A DNA stretch of 64,000 bases. Origin: Octopus vulgaris. Taxonomy: Eukaryota. Within the stretch, counting starts at the first letter, position 1; every line of letters begins with the position of its first letter. The stretch lies in contig OX597827.1 of assembly GCA_951406725.2 (NCBI GenBank), positions 51,584,001 through 51,648,000 of the forward strand, read 5' to 3'. Below the pieces are notes generated by a model that searched no databases, was not told where the DNA came from, and saw only the letters and a program-made list of their open reading frames with translations. Of the stretch, positions 25,105 to 39,691 are shown piece by piece. Position numbers and translations under genes: made by a program.

Positions 25105-26053
25105 TACAGGACAAGTTATTACACTTGGAAAAGTTCAGGACAACTTATTACATCTGGTAAAGTACAGAACAAGAAAATTTTTTAAATATTGCAGCTAAGG
25201 ATAAAATTTGAATATTAAAAATGATTTGATTTTAATTTACAAAGTAACATTATAATTAAAAAAAAGGTACCATCATTTTGTTAACATATTAAAACACTAA
25301 AATACTTAAAAAATAAGAGCCAGAAGTACCAACATAGCTAAAGTTTTATGCAAAGCAGAATAGTATATATGGTAGGCAAATTCATTATGTTAAAAATAGG
25401 CATTGGGTCAAGACTAAAAATGTAAAGACTTGGCAATAACTCAAGCAGTTTACTGTGAATTTGTTGTTAAAGGTAGATTTTACTGTAATATATAACTAAT
25501 TTTTGTATTATATTTATTTACAAACTAATTATGTATTACTTTTATTTAGTTCAGTCATTTGACTGTGGCCATGCTGGAGCACCACCTTTAGTCAAGCAAA
25601 TCGACCCCAAGACCTATTCCTTGTGAGCCTAGTACTTATCCTATCAGTCTCTTTTGCCGAACCACTAAGTTACGGGAACATAAACACACCAGCATCAGTT
25701 GTCAAGCGATGATGGGGAGACAAACACAGACACAAACATATACATACACATACATATATATGACAGGATTCTTTTAAATTAGAATTCCACAATAACTTAT
25801 TTTCAAATTTCCAATTATTAATTAATAATTTTAAAAAATGAATTCTTTTAAAGTGCAAAGAATATTTTAAGTTATTTTTAAATTTTTAATAGAAGTAACA
25901 ACAAATAGAAGTAATAACTTGTAATAAAATTTTTAGTTTTAATAAAAGCTAATACTTTATTTGAAATTTTATCCTTGGCTGCAATACTTTAAGTAAAAAA
26001 TTTCTTGTTCTGTACTTTACCAGATGTAGTAACTTGTCCTGTACTTTTCCAGG
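25105..26053. repeat. Inverted repeat (~25105-25220 / ~25951-26053)
   Basis: ACATCTGGTAAAGTACAGAACAAGAAA..ATTGCAGCTAAGGATAAAATTT is mirrored by AAATTTTATCCTTGGCTGCAAT..TTTCTTGTTCTGTACTTTACCAGATGT. Confidence 0.75.
25548..25765 (-). mobile_element. SINE family B, 3' half
   Basis: Homologous to 24833-25045. Confidence 0.85.
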
Positions 26054-28766
26054 TTTATAATCTTAAGAATATTAATTCTCTTGCTCATATTTTTCCATGT
26101 AATATAAAATATGTACCATATGGAATTGAAGAGACTATAGTTCAAATGAGGACTCAATACACATATTATATAGTGCAAGTTTATTAGTAGCAAAAGGCTC
26201 AAAGGAGAGTATATATATATATATATATACACACACACATACACCTTTTATATGCATTAACACATATGTGCATGCACATACACACACAAAATATAATATG
26301 TGACAATATCTAATGTATTCAGAATTTGAATGCATATGCTCAGAATTCAACCCTTGGTGATCTGAATCCAATCATTCTACCAACTGGACCTGCAAAACAG
26401 ATGAGCTCTCTGTAAGGCCTCTTGCTACTAAAAAACATATACACTCTACACAATAGATGTATTAAATCCTCAGTTGAACTATGGTCTTCTCAGTTTGATT
26501 CTGGGCATAATCAACATATATGTAGGTATGTGTGTGCATGGATATACATGTATTTACTAATCAGTATAAAAAATACATTTTGTTGCCACCAAGAGGGGAT
26601 CTTCTTTTAAATGGGAAAGATGTTAGAATTGTAGAAATATTAGAGATAGGAAAAGAAAGGAAGCATTGTCTTTTTGTTGACATTTGAATTGGGAGTGAAT
26701 GATAGAACTAGGGCTCAAAAGTTGCATAAATTTCTACAATAATACCTGTGAAAAGACCAGCTTTAGAAGAGTAGCTTTTGATTCTTTTCTCATTTGAAAA
26801 TGTTTGCTCTCATTTTAGTTTACATATTAGTGTTGAAAGGAGGGAGAAGAAAAAGAAACTACAGAGATTCACAAACTTTTCTTAAGCCTCTACATATTTT
26901 TAAACTTTTTTTTTTGCCAAGAATTATGATCTACTGAAGAGTGGTTTCCAGTTATCTTTATCAGACTCATAAAAGGATTTGAGGTCAGCTACAAGTTACT
27001 CAAATATATGTTTGAGTGTTCTCCTGCTTTACAGCAATGAGTCACTCCAAGACACTACACAGTGGATCCCACTATTACCACTTCAATTTTGCTGAAACAT
27101 AGCACAAGGATAAATTTGAGTGGAGGGGGAGATTCCAAAGAAATTACCCAAATTTTACTAAAATTATGAACAAAGTCATTTTGAGGTCAAACACTGACCT
27201 TACATTTTTCAAATTTCCTTATGTGTGTGTGTGTGTGTGCATGTACATATAAAATCATATTATCTGTAGATTCCAAAAATATTTTTGATGCAGAAAAAAA
27301 AAAAATTTCACAAATAAATGAATATCTGAAGTGACAATTTAACCTCTCAAATACTGAATTTCAGAAAATTCCTTGCTGATCTGTTATTTCTCTGCTATAA
27401 TCAATTTTAAGATACTGTGTATAGGCCTTTGTACAGGGTAAAACATGATTTCAGTAGTATTTGGCCTTCTGTATTTTAATATGAACACCTTATTCCACAT
27501 CATTTCATGATTTAGACATTCTGAAGACCAGATAATATTTAGAGTCCACAAATAGGAATACTTTTATATAGCTTGCTAAAAGGGAAAAAGTAATGACAGT
27601 GTGAAAAATGCAAGATCAACATTTGATCTCAAAATGATTTCACTGGTAAGTTATGGACAGTTGATGAAATTTAGCTAAAATCTTGGGAACTGCTTTTGCT
27701 CCAAACCTACCCTCATGCCCCATTTCAGTCCATCTGAAAATATGCTATTTTTAAAGTTTTATTGGCAGATTTGTACTGGAATTACCTCCAATGGACTGTA
27801 TTTCATCAGAGCACCTATACACAACTATATGAACTCTGTTAGTGTCTTCGTCTTGGAAATCATAAAACATTCAATAAGATATGAAGCATTAACTTTTTTA
27901 AGCAACAGGCCAAGGCAATCAGCTATAAATTTCTCCTCACCAAAAGTCAAAATCTTTTTTTTAAAAATCAAAAATAATGTTTGCATGTGTAATAACACTT
28001 TTGAGATTTTACTGAAGAATTTTATAAATCCATCAGATAAATATTCTTACTTGTTGATTATTATTAGAACAAGCTTTTGGAATTTGTTTTCTGCTACCTT
28101 CAAGCAATTACAACTGTTACTTATTTCTAATCTTCCCTTTTGTTTAGGTATTTTTCTGAGTTCTTCCAGATTACAGGTAAATGTTTGAAAAATTATTTGG
28201 CATAAAAGAAGTTTTCCTGAATGAATATGAAGCGGAAAATATAATTGAAAGATATAAACTGTTACCACCATTTGTTTTAAACTGTAAACTTGGTACCACT
28301 ATTGTGACTTGCATATCAAATGTCTTTCTTGTTTTGAAACTGGTAAATAGTTGACACAAAACTCATAAACAATATTAAGATTTCAACAAAGGCACACCTT
28401 TATTCATAAAAATTAAACAAAAAAAAAAAAAAATTCATTCACCAAAGAAAATGCGCAACATTTCCTTTACAAATATATTTTCTCTTCTTCGTCCATCTTG
28501 TTAGTATATTCTCCTTTAAAACAATAATAGCAAAAACTATAGCAAAACACAAAAAATGTAATCACTGTGAAAATCTCAAATGTTCATTTCTAATTGAGGA
28601 AAAAAAAAAATATAAAAATGCTGTTGCTATGGACAATGAAGTTACAGGAAATTAAAATAAATAGTTAAATAGTTTGGTTAGTCGATATACTCTAATTTCT
28701 TCAAAAACTATTCAGTAAAAATAAAAAATAAAATAAAAATAAATTACATACACACACACATTATAT

Positions 28767-28805
<39 letters not shown>

Positions 28806-29610
28806 AAAGCTCTTTGCTCAGAAATTGAAGGAATAACTGTTTGAAATTTAACTGGTCTTAAGCATGTTTACTTTAATGTAAAGTTAACTCAAGAAGAAAT
28901 TTAAGTTAAAGTAACAATTTCACATTACTTGCTAAAAAACAGATTAATGCTCAAAGTCACCAGCAAATATAAATATGAATCTTGTTTTTGTTATAATTTA
29001 AGACAACATTGTGTTTAAAATAAGATTTTAAAATATAAGAGTAATAGTTTAGAACTTTGGTTTAGCTATCAAACAGTCATTATGGAAAAAATATATATAT
29101 AACCGAATTCCTGATATCCGATAAAATCGATACCTTCCTTTCATTTGCTTTTGCAAAGAGCAAACAATAGACAGTATATACACACATATTTGCATGCATA
29201 AATAAGTTAGTTCTATATTTTAAATTTTATTAACATATACACACATGTATAAGTTAATATTGATATCTTAAATATATTAAACATCTCAGATATTTAAATT
29301 TGTTTCCTTTTACAAAGTGTTTTGTGAAAGAATTTTTCAAAGAGTTTGACAAGAAACATTAGCTGTTATTATCTTGTTTGCTGATTTTGCACTACCAAAT
29401 ATTTATTTTACTGAAGAGAGATATTGAAAAAAAATAAAAGTAGTTCATTTAAAGAAAAGAAAACAGCCAATTAGATTGTCTAAGAAGAAATGTTGCTTAT
29501 CTAGATAAGGCAATCAGTGATGTTTGCAAAATGTTTTTAAATGTGAACAAATACGGCTGTCAATGAAAATGGGCAAATAAAAAAAAATTGATTGTGTTTT
29601 GAATTTGTAG

Positions 29611-30330
29611 TTATTGCTGCTCACTGTCATAATAAGAATTTTCTTCTGATTGGGAGCCACTGCTGTCGCCGCTGTTGCTGCATGCATCTAATTGCATTCT
29701 TTCAGTTTGATGTGTCTTCTCATGACACTTCAGCAATGCTTTGCGATGGAACACTTTTCGACAAATTCTGCAGAAGAGGGTAGCACGGTTAGAATGAGTT
29801 TTGATGTGGCTCTTTAAATTTCCTTTCTGCGAAAAAGCTTTGTTGCAAATCATACAAATGAATGGCTTTTCGCCGCTGTGTGTACGTTGATGAATTTTGA
29901 GGTTTGTGCGCTGGGAAAAAGATTTTGAACAGACATTGCAAACAAATGGTTTAAATCCAGTATGAATGTTTTCATGGTTCTTCAGATTGGTCCGCTGTGA
30001 GAAAGCTTTTTCACAGACTTCACACACAAAAGGTTTCTCACCACTGTGAACGCGTTCATGATTCTTTAGGTTGGTTCTCTGTGTGAAAGATGCCTGGCAG
30101 ACATTGCAGTGGAACGGTTTCTCTCCTGTGTGTGTACGTTCATGGGTTTTTAAATTGGTTCGTTGTGAGAAACTTTTGTCACACTGGGTGCAGTGAAATA
30201 TCTTATCTGGAACGGCTGGAGACATCTCTGGATGGTTGTTCTTCTTATGGCGTTTCAGCTGAGCATACCTATCAAATGTTTTGCCACATATGTCACAAGC
30301 ATGTGGTGCTTTATCTTCAGGTCTGTACAT
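29611..30330 (-). CDS. C2H2 zinc-finger protein, 7 fingers (paralogue of 17693-19396)
   Basis: Open 239-aa ORF with TGEKP/SGEKP linkers and QRTNLK helices; an acceptor-like ttctttaag/ttag lies just upstream of the ATG. Confidence 0.93.
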   Translation of the reverse strand: MYRPEDKAPHACDICGKTFDRYAQLKRHKKNNHPEMSPAVPDKIFHCTQCDKSFSQRTNLKTHERTHTGEKPFHCNVCQASFTQRTNLKNHERVHSGEKPFVCEVCEKAFSQRTNLKNHENIHTGFKPFVCNVCSKSFSQRTNLKIHQRTHSGEKPFICMICNKAFSQKGNLKSHIKTHSNRATLFCRICRKVFHRKALLKCHEKTHQTERMQLDACSNSGDSSGSQSEENSYYDSEQQ

Positions 30331-31989
30331 AGCTAACTTAAAGAAAGATTAATAGCATAAATATTATTTCAGACAAAGAGACTTCAGTTAAAGAAATACA
30401 GGAAAATTCAAATTTCAGCAACGGAATTCTGATGAAATTCCCTCCCCCTCTCTCTTTCACTAATGTTACTGTGTAAATCCAATTTTCAATTGATTTTTTA
30501 TCATTTATGAAAGCTTTTCTGCCAGGTCATATGCTTATATCAGTAGTGCTCAGTTTTTCTTCAAACATTGAATAAGTTTGACAATTTATCAACCTTTCAA
30601 GACTATATAGAGCTGGCATTTTAAATGATAATCTTACATGGAGATGAAATTAATGGACAGATAAAAGTAGAAACTTCATAATCAGGAAGGAGAGGGAATC
30701 AAAGAATAATATACTAAGATCAAACAAATTAGATATACAAATGTCAAAAAGATCATTTTGTTTTTAAGCATTGTCTTTTATGTACATAAAAGATAGACAG
30801 GATAGATAAGTTCAGACCATTTTCTCATAACCACTGCATTATGACTTCAAATACATCACTCAAATTTACCAATGTCTACCTACTTGTAATTTTATAAAAA
30901 TAAAAAGTTATTGCTACTCATATGGCTAACTGCAAATGTTAGTTAAATCATAAAATTACAAGGCATCAAAGATATTGATGTTCAGGACAGGTTTACTATT
31001 TTGGTTGAGGCAATTAAATGTTAATCTATAATCTATATCCCCTTAGCATCAATGATTTATATCTCATCATTAACACTGCCGTGTGTTTATGATCAAGACA
31101 CTTCTCTCTCAATTTGTCTACCTTTAGGTTTCTGTAAGACAGCTGTTAGAAGTAAGACAGCCTAGTGTAAGTAATAAATATTTGAAATGCTAATTTCACT
31201 TCCAATGGACTTGGACAACGTTAAATAGTAAAAAGGGGTTGTACAGCATATTTGTACAAACTTGTTTATGTAATTCTATCACTGCTGTATATTTAAAATA
31301 TCCACCTATAAAAGGCTGCTTCCAACAATTTATGCAAATATATGAACAAGCAAAACCACTCAATTCATCCCAACATAACAAAATGGATGGAAAATTTATT
31401 TTACTATTCACAGTTTGCAGGTGCAACCGGATGACTGAGCAAGTTGGGTGGTTCCAATACACATAAATTATAAGAAGTCTTTCTTCCAGTCGCAGACTTT
31501 GATCTTACTATTGAATAGAGGGATCTTTCTCCGGCTGCTTAATTAGTCAGTTGCAATAAAGACACAATGGATCGATAATGGTAGATTCGGAACACATATT
31601 TTATGTCTGTTGTTCACACTTTAATCCACTTCAATATTTAATAGCAGAGTAAATTATATCTTTTGATAATGTATATTTCAAATCAAGGAAAATCATATTG
31701 TAACTCAAATTCAAAATATTCATGAAAAAGTTTTCCTTCCATTTTAAAGCTTTTCCCTCCTGTGACCATTCTGCATTTTGTATTTTTCTGACTATTGCTT
31801 TCAAGTTCAACCACATTGCAACCATACTTTCCTTCTTCTTCTCTACTTTTCAGATTTGAAAAATTTCTTTTTATGTTAACTTGCTGTGTGAGGAGGAAAG
31901 AATAGTACCCATGTTTTTTGATGCTACGGAGATTGTAGGAAGAGTGATGCCATTAATGTTTATCATAAATCATTGAAAGTCAACACTGC

Positions 31990-33140
31990 AGAAAGACATG
32001 AGCAGAGGTTACAGAGTGCTGACATTATAGGAAGGAGAGATTGGTTGTAGTGATTACTGCAAGGACTGGGGTTGAGGTGGTAAATACAACAAAGATGATG
32101 AAGAGGAGGCATGATGAGGTGGGGAATAATGCCTGAGTGGCATTGGCATGACCAGAGCCAGCTTCAAAGAGCAGAGACCATTATAGTAACAGTACAAAAA
32201 AACTGAAAAGAGACAGCATGCTCGTAAGCTAGAGCCTGCAGCATGTCTGTGAGTGACTTTATTCAACCCTTTTCCAGATACAGTCTAAGAAGTCTGTGTG
32301 AAGTCAGCAGCACTGTCACAGATGTGAGAGCAATATTCCATTGTGGGCCTCACCTGAGCTCTGTAGAGTATCAATAATTGCTGGAGGTTGAAGTATCTTT
32401 TGGTGTTAAAGAAAAGGCCAGTTGTTAGGACACAGTCCTAGATACATTAACAATGTGCTTTCACCAGAAGAGATCCTTGATGACATTAAGGCCTATCATT
32501 TAGGGTATTTCATGTTTAAGATAGGGTATAATATGATGATTTTTTCTTAATGAGTAGTGGTTGTTTTTTCTTGTAATTGAAAGATACAAAACATTGGCAT
32601 CTCCATGTTGGAGGATGCTTCTGAGGTTTTTGTTCATAGAATTGGTGTGGTGTTCAGGTTGTGAGTGGATCATGTATGACTGGTAAAGGCGAGGTAGAAA
32701 TGAAGGACAGAATAACGTGCACAAGAGTGGCATTGTTGTTATTGATGTCCTGAAGGAAGAGAGTGAGAGACAAAACTGAAAACTGGGGCATACTTGATAT
32801 GATAGAATGACAAACAGAAAGAGCGCTCTCAACACATGTACAATAGTGGAATCTGAGAGGAAGCTACTGGTCCAAGAAATGAGAGGGGTTCAGCCTCATT
32901 TTGTTAAGAAATTTGCAAGCCAGACAGTTGAGATTTGTTGAGAGCAATGCTGTTACTCTCAACAAATTTCTCAAAGGCAAGAGCTCATTGGCAGGTGACA
33001 TAGAAGAATAAGTCACCAGTGGATTTGGTTTAATGGAAATCATACTAGCAGTTGTTAAAAAGAGCAAAAGGTTCAAAGTGTTAAAAGTCATTGTTCATGA
33101 CCAGTTCCACTAGCTTTGAGACATTGAAAGTGAGTGCAAT
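31990..33140 (-). mobile_element. CR1/L2/Jockey-group LINE relic
   Basis: Minus strand LYRAQVRPTMEYCSHI at ~32320-32370; the remainder is decayed. Confidence 0.6.
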
Positions 33141-34310
33141 AGAGTAATAGGTAGCAGTTCAATATTACATGAATGGCTTCAATTAAGATTAAAATAATGT
33201 ATATATAACTGAAGAGAGTAAGTGTATGTGTGCATGCATACTCAGAAATAACACATTATGTAATATCATACTTGTCTACTAAACTTCATACAGTTGTCAG
33301 TTTAACAGAACATTAACAAAAGGAAAAGAAAAGTTCCTTTTCTTTAGCACTCATATTTATCATCTACAATAATCATTTTTTACATCCTTAGATTTTAATT
33401 TATCACATGCAACTTTCTTGTAATTAAATTTTTGTTTTCTATTTTTACTATTTAAGCATTATTGGTATAGATTCCTTTTAAATAAGAAGTTGGATATTTC
33501 ATAGAGGAGAGGGCATGAATATACTTACAAAGGATTGAAAAGTAAAGTTAATGTAAAATTTAAACACACAGTGAGCTATTGAACTACTGAAAGTAAAAAC
33601 TCTAGTTCAGTCATCTTTATTATTCTTAATTTTGATTTCTTAAATTATTTCTCAAACTTATAAAAACAGGGTAAAGCTGATAAAATAAACTGTACATTAT
33701 AAGTGGTATGTATTTATCAAGTTTAGACAGGATTTGTATTCAGAATATAGAAGAGGTACAAAATGTAAATATTGCAAATTATTTAACTTGGCACACTACC
33801 ATTCCTACTGCTCTACACAATTTAATGTAAGTTTAATATAAATTTCTTAGTTAACATATAGCCTCAATTTAAAGGGAAAAGAAATGAGGTTATGCAATTT
33901 GCATCCCATCCTCAAAGACATTAGTAATGGCTGCAGTCAAATAGAATCACACTTTAATATGAAAAGTGCTTACACATATTTTATAACTCAACTAAAGATA
34001 TGTTTAATTTTCAAGAACCTTGAATAATTGTGGTGTTATAAAAAAAAAGCCTTAAGTATTTCATTTCATCCTTCTACATTGTAATTTCAAAAAGCTTCTG
34101 GGAAACATTTTCTTCAAAATCCCTTAGAAAAGGGATAAGGGATTAGTATCATTAATATACAGCAAACTTCTATCCACTAGTGTATGCATCTTCCCTACTA
34201 AAATAAGACATATACTGAGGTATGTGAAATGAAAGATGTTCCCAGAACTTACACACATGAAATTTACATTTGAATACTAAAACAAAGATGAATCAAACAT
34301 TAACACTTAA

Positions 34311-34530
34311 CCCTTTAGCATTCAGATTATTCTGTCAAAAGTAATGCTTATTTATACACATTGTTTTGAGTTGATCATGCATTATTTTGTGGCTTTGAGA
34401 TTTTGATGAGCTAGCTGTTAATTTTTAGAATGATGTTGAAAGGTTGGTGTAAGAGGCCAGATCTGGCCACTTTGAGCATAAAACAGGTAGAATATTTTGG
34501 CTAGGTATGGCTGGTTTAAATGCTAAAGGG
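34311..34530. mobile_element. piggyBac-like MITE
   Basis: TIR CCCTTTAGCATT/AATGCTAAAGGG; flanks TTAA and GTAA. Confidence 0.8.
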
Positions 34531-34871
34531 GTAAAGTTCTATAGTACTCCCTCTATATAAATCTGTCAATCACGTTTGAAACTAGAGACTTGGCAAACTG
34601 CAGGGAGTTCAGTATGAAAATCATAGAAAAATAACTATTGCATGAATTTAGATATGGTATGATGGCTGTTACTGTATGTTGTGAGTGTGGTTTAATCTGT
34701 TGTTAGGTCCTTTACCCTGCTAAGGTAGTTTTAATAGAGTGATGCTGATTACACATAAGTGTTTTCATATATATTTACAAGATATTGATTCATAGTCAAC
34801 AATTTCCCAGTTAAATCATAAATAAATCACCAAATTCTATTTCACCACTTGAAGTATTAACTGCTATTCAT

Positions 34872-35160
34872 CACCATCATCATCATTGTTTAACGTCTGT
34901 CTTCCATGCATGCATGGGTAGGAGCCAGCCAGGTAGAAGAATACCCCAGGCTACTGTGTCTGTTTTGGTAGGGTTTTTATGACTGGATGCCCTTCCTAAC
35001 ATCAACCACTCTATAGAGTGGACTCAGTGCTTTTTACATGGCACAAGCACAGGCGAGGTTAGTTTTGGCATGATTTTTACAGCTGGATGCCCTTTCATAT
35101 GCCAAACACTTTACAGCATGGACTGGGTGCTTTTTACATGGCACCAGCACGGGCAGGGTC
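34872..35160 (-). mobile_element. Retroposon family C with duplicated internal unit
   Basis: CATCATTGTTTAACGTCTG...CTGGATGCCCTTCCTAAC unit present twice. Confidence 0.7.
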
Positions 35161-36429
35161 ACCAAGTAACTTACAAGACAAGGAACTTTAAGAGTAGCAT
35201 TTGAGGAGGGGAACTGCTGTCAGAGGATGAAAAGTTGGTGTGACAGAAAAACAGAGGCAGAAATAGGTGTCTTGCCATAGAGGAGGTATACATTACCCAA
35301 TGAAAGAAAGAGAAAGAAAGAGAGAGAGAGAGAGAGTAAGAGGAAGAGAGAAAGAGAAAAAAGAGAGAGGAAGAGAGTGAGAGAGAGAGAAGGAAGAGAA
35401 GTACAAGAAAGAGGATAGAAACAGGTATGCTGATGTAAAGGAGATACTTGGTTACCTAGACACAAGGAAAGGCTATTATGCTCGAAAATCATAGAAAGGG
35501 AAGATCTGGAAATATTTGATAAAATACAAGAAAATAACTGCATAGGGTAATTTTCTGACAGGAATTTCTTTCTGAAACAAAACTAAACTTTATTTCTTAC
35601 ACAGAAGGGCACTTAGACAATAACACTAAAGTGGTTTCATGCAGTTCAGGATTTGGTGATAGTTGTGGACATCAGCAGTATAGGTCTTTAAGAGCTAACA
35701 ACAAAAAAACAAATTATTTGTGTCCATGCAATTTGATTCAATATAACATTACCTTTACTTACACTAGAATCTGGTTGTATGTTTGAACTTCTCTTCTTTC
35801 GAGTCAATATTTCATAAGATTTAGACCATATGCCTAAATCTTTGAAGACACCATTCTCACGAATAAAGAAAAAACAGTTTTCTGGAAGACCAAATAAAAG
35901 TACAAATGAAAAAGCAACAGAAGAAAACTTGCAGCACATTTACATTTGTATAGCATAAAAAAAAACACCACATATATACACACACATCCTTCATCTCTTA
36001 CTCATTTGCTCAAGCTGGGGGAAAAAAAACCTCAAAGTGTTTAACCAAACAAATTGATCCTAGGACTAATTTTTGAAGTCTGGTACTTATTAAATGAGTC
36101 TCTTTTGCCAGACCACTAAATTACAAAGATGTATACAGATGAACATCAGTTATCAGGCATGTGACAGGAATTAAACACTAAATTGACTTACACTCACACA
36201 CGTCAGGTGTATAGGGGGTTCTGAATAGAGGTAGTACCTTTGGTGTCTGGCAGCTGTACTTTGCCAAGGATGGTCAGGAAAACTGGCATCACTTGTCCTT
36301 ATTCAACTCTTAATCTCTTACTTGATGGCTTCTAGTCCCACACCTCAGCACCCCACTTCAGCTTGTAGGACAAACCAAGTGAGGAGATGGTGTTAACACT
36401 GCTTGCCTGACTAAGGCTTCCCAAAGAGT

Positions 36430-36735
36430 CACTAGCTAGGGTGAAGGAACTAGCTCAGGATGACAGCCTAGAGTTCAGGGCCAGGGAATATCCCAGATAG
36501 AAGTATACAATTGTGGCTAATAGTTGGGGGAGGAATGGGCACTGCAAAGCTAACTTGCACATGAGACGTTCATGACAACTACACTGGAGTCAATACAGGA
36601 TCAGTTGTCACCCAGGTTAACATGAAGAGTGAACAGGCCTCAGTTTCACCAACTCACAGAGGGCAGCAGAAGACCGAGAGAAGTGACAAAATCTGGCTGC
36701 AACATCATCAGTGATTGCCCCAACAACTACATTGT
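36430..36735 (+). mobile_element. RTE-like LINE 3' relic
   Basis: TGLSFTNSQRAAEDREK*QNLAA-type C-terminus. Confidence 0.5.
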
Positions 36736-36996
36736 GAAGAGAAAGGAAGGACAGGAATGTCTGTGTGGATAAAAAGCCTGCTTTGCAACCATATGGTTCT
36801 GGGTTTAATCCTACTGTGCAGCATCTTTGGCAATGGAATTTCACATGGAAATTTCAAGCATGACCTCTCAATGACCTCACCATTCATCCAGAATGAATTT
36901 AAAATATTTTGCTAATACAAATAATATGCATAATAAATATATGCTGAATTTGTGTAGTGAGTACTAGAAAGTCTATACTTTCTAGTACTCACTACA

Positions 36997-37029
<33 letters not shown>

Positions 37030-37711
37030 AATACACATACATATATACCTACTTGTATACACACACACACATGCATACAATTACACACATTTGATTTTTA
37101 TTTTGATGTACTTGACACAATAGGTCTCCTCAAGCACAGCAGGTCACCCCATGATCCAAGGTAAGCACAGCAGGCCGTCCTGCGATCCAAGGTACTTTGA
37201 ATGGGCTGGGGCTGGTCGTGTGAAGCTGATGTAGAATACGGCCATGAACTCACTTTATTTGTCAGGTCTTCGCAGTCATAGCATATCTCCAGAGGTCTCA
37301 GTCTTTCATCATTGCCTCTGTGAGGCAATATATATGTATATTGGAGAGGCATGTTGATTAGTGGTTAGTGTGTTGCACTCATGATCATAAGATTGAGGCT
37401 TCAATTCCCCAACCAGACAACGCATCATGTTCTGAAGCAAAACATTTCATTTCATGTTATTCCAGTTTCAGGAACAATAATAGTTTACTAGCATAGAAAG
37501 TTGTAGGTTTTTCCATATTGAAGTTTGATAAGTTAAAAAATGGTTTTATATAGTTCATGGTTAGCAACTAGGGCTGTTATGAATGCAAATAAAATGAGTA
37601 ATCTGGCAATGCACTGGCATCTTGTCCAGGGAGAGAATATATATGCCACACAATCCAAGAAACCAACCTTTTATAAATCTACGGCTCAGAAAGGACCTTT
37701 GATCTTTTTTT

Positions 37712-37749
<38 letters not shown>

Positions 37750-37953
37750 AAGAACAGAAAATAAACCCATTGATATTTAAAAGATTTCATATAATCAACA
37801 GGTGTTTCCATGACTCACAAAAGCATTGTCAACCACATAATATTCCCATAATATTAATTAAAGTTATATTAAATCAGTTGAAAGTCATCATGTAGAAGAC
37901 ATTTTATTGTGAACATTTTGAAATAAAGTAATTTGCATGTGTATATTATATAC

Positions 37954-38010
37954 CTGCAACAGTTCTTATAGGTGCTATCATTTATCATTGCAATCAATCA
38001 TAAGTGTGTT
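37954..38010 (-). other. Candidate 5' UTR exon (57 nt), possibly of the 29611-30330 gene
   Basis: Minus strand atttttcacag|...TGTTGCAG|gtatat. Confidence 0.25.
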
Positions 38011-38183
38011 CTGTGAAAAATAAATCTTTGATTTCATTCAATTGTAACTTCATTTTTTAAATATTTATATTATAGATTTCAATCTGTCCTTAAAATGTCA
38101 AGTGCTTCACACGCACATAGATGACACTTGGTATGGATTGGTTGAATTTATAATTCTTCATTTCATCAAGAAATCTATGGCCT

Positions 38184-38560
38184 AGGTGCAGGTGTGGCTG
38201 TGTGGTAAGAAGCTTGTTTCTCGCCCACATGATTCTGAGTTCAGTTCCATTGCATGACACCTTAGGCAAGTGTCTTCTGCTATAGCCTTAGGCTAACCAA
38301 AGCCTTGTAATTGGATTTGGTAGGTGGAAACTGAAAGAAGCCTGTCATAAGTGTGTGTATGTGTGTGTGTGTCCATGTCTCCCTCAACCACTTCTTGACA
38401 ACTGGTGTTGGTTTATTTATGTCCTCATAACCTAGCGGTTCAGCAAAAAGAGAATAAGTACCAGGCTTTAAAAAGGTACTGGGGTCAATTCATTTGACTA
38501 AAATTCAAAGCAGTGCCCTAGCATGGCTGCAGTCTAATGACTGAAAAAGATAAAAGATAT
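38184..38560 (+). mobile_element. SINE family B, full length
   Basis: GTGGCTGTGTGGTAAG A-box, GAGTTCAGTTCC B-box, conserved body and tail. Confidence 0.85.
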
Positions 38561-39112
38561 TTTTTGCAAGACAGGCTGAGTGTCTCAGCCTAAGTTTAGA
38601 AAATGTGAGATGGTGCACACAAAAGCCTTTTTCAGAAAGATTTGATGTAGAAATATTTGATATTTACATGCACCATGGGTCTTAGTGTACATGTTTATAA
38701 ACAATGTTTTCAAGAAAGACAATTTTTCTTACGTTATGATTCACTAAGTTATTATGTCCTTCCAGGACTTCTTGGGAGAAATATTTATCCTATTTTCTAG
38801 TAAAACTAATTATTGAACAACTGTTTACATTTTCTGTCACAGAGGATTCATTCACATGAATTACATCACGTTGGTGATAACATGCCATACTTAAAGATTT
38901 AGGCACTCTATTTAAGTTACTGTATTACATCTCAAATCTGAATTTGATAATGTCCAATTACTAATATTAACTGCCCCTATTAATTTTACTACCAGTAGGT
39001 ACTGCTATTATAGCAGTCAGGTTTGGACAAATAGACTAGGAAAGTTGGGCTTAAGAACTCTATATAATATTTTGGGGTAAATGTTTTTACCTGGAAGGAA
39101 ATTAGAGGATTG

Positions 39113-39527
39113 GGATCTTTTCGGTTTGAACTGCAGTTTTTAACATAATTTCTAGGTAACTAAAAAATTTTAAACTTCGTATACTGGTAGAATGTGTTTA
39201 TAAAACATCTTTTTCTCTTGGCTTTATTGAGAAAATTCTATAGTTTGTAAGATGTTTGTTGTTTTTTTCTTCAATTTCTGCAATTTTAACCAATCACTGG
39301 CATCTATTGAGTAAAAAACATTCTGTGCCGTATGAATATGTCCCTTGTTTAAGAAACAGATTGGGTTTATTTACATTTGTGAAGAAAAAAAGATACCCTT
39401 CCCCCCACCCCTAACCCTAACCCTAAAATAGATTGAAATGCAATAGATCAATACTAGGGTCATAATTATGGGTGACAATTTCATATGACACCGCTAGAAA
39501 AAACTGCTGTTCAAACCGAAAAGATCC
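39113..39527. mobile_element. Merlin-like MITE with 8-bp TSD and internal (CCCTAA)3
   Basis: TIR GGATCTTTTCGGTTTGAAC(T/A)GCAGTTTTT at both ends; perfect TSD GAGGATTG (39105-39112/39528-39535). Confidence 0.85.
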
Positions 39528-39691
39528 GAGGATTGTACGAGGTAATGTTCTCCTTTTGCTTTTTTGTCTATTAGGTGAAACTTCATAAGCAGAGTAATTA
39601 TATGTATCATTATTTATTTTATAAGAGAGCCTTTGAAGAGTCTGCACTTCTTCATGGTTGACTACCTGGCTATATCTTCTTAATATATTAA

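Noticed and set aside
27715-28188. 157-aa ORF
   Set aside because: AT-rich, F/I/L/N-biased and without a recognisable domain; probably a chance ORF in 3' UTR or intergenic DNA.
39408-39426. (CCCTAA)3 as a chromosome-end or fusion scar
   Set aside because: It lies inside a MITE bounded by TIRs and a perfect TSD.
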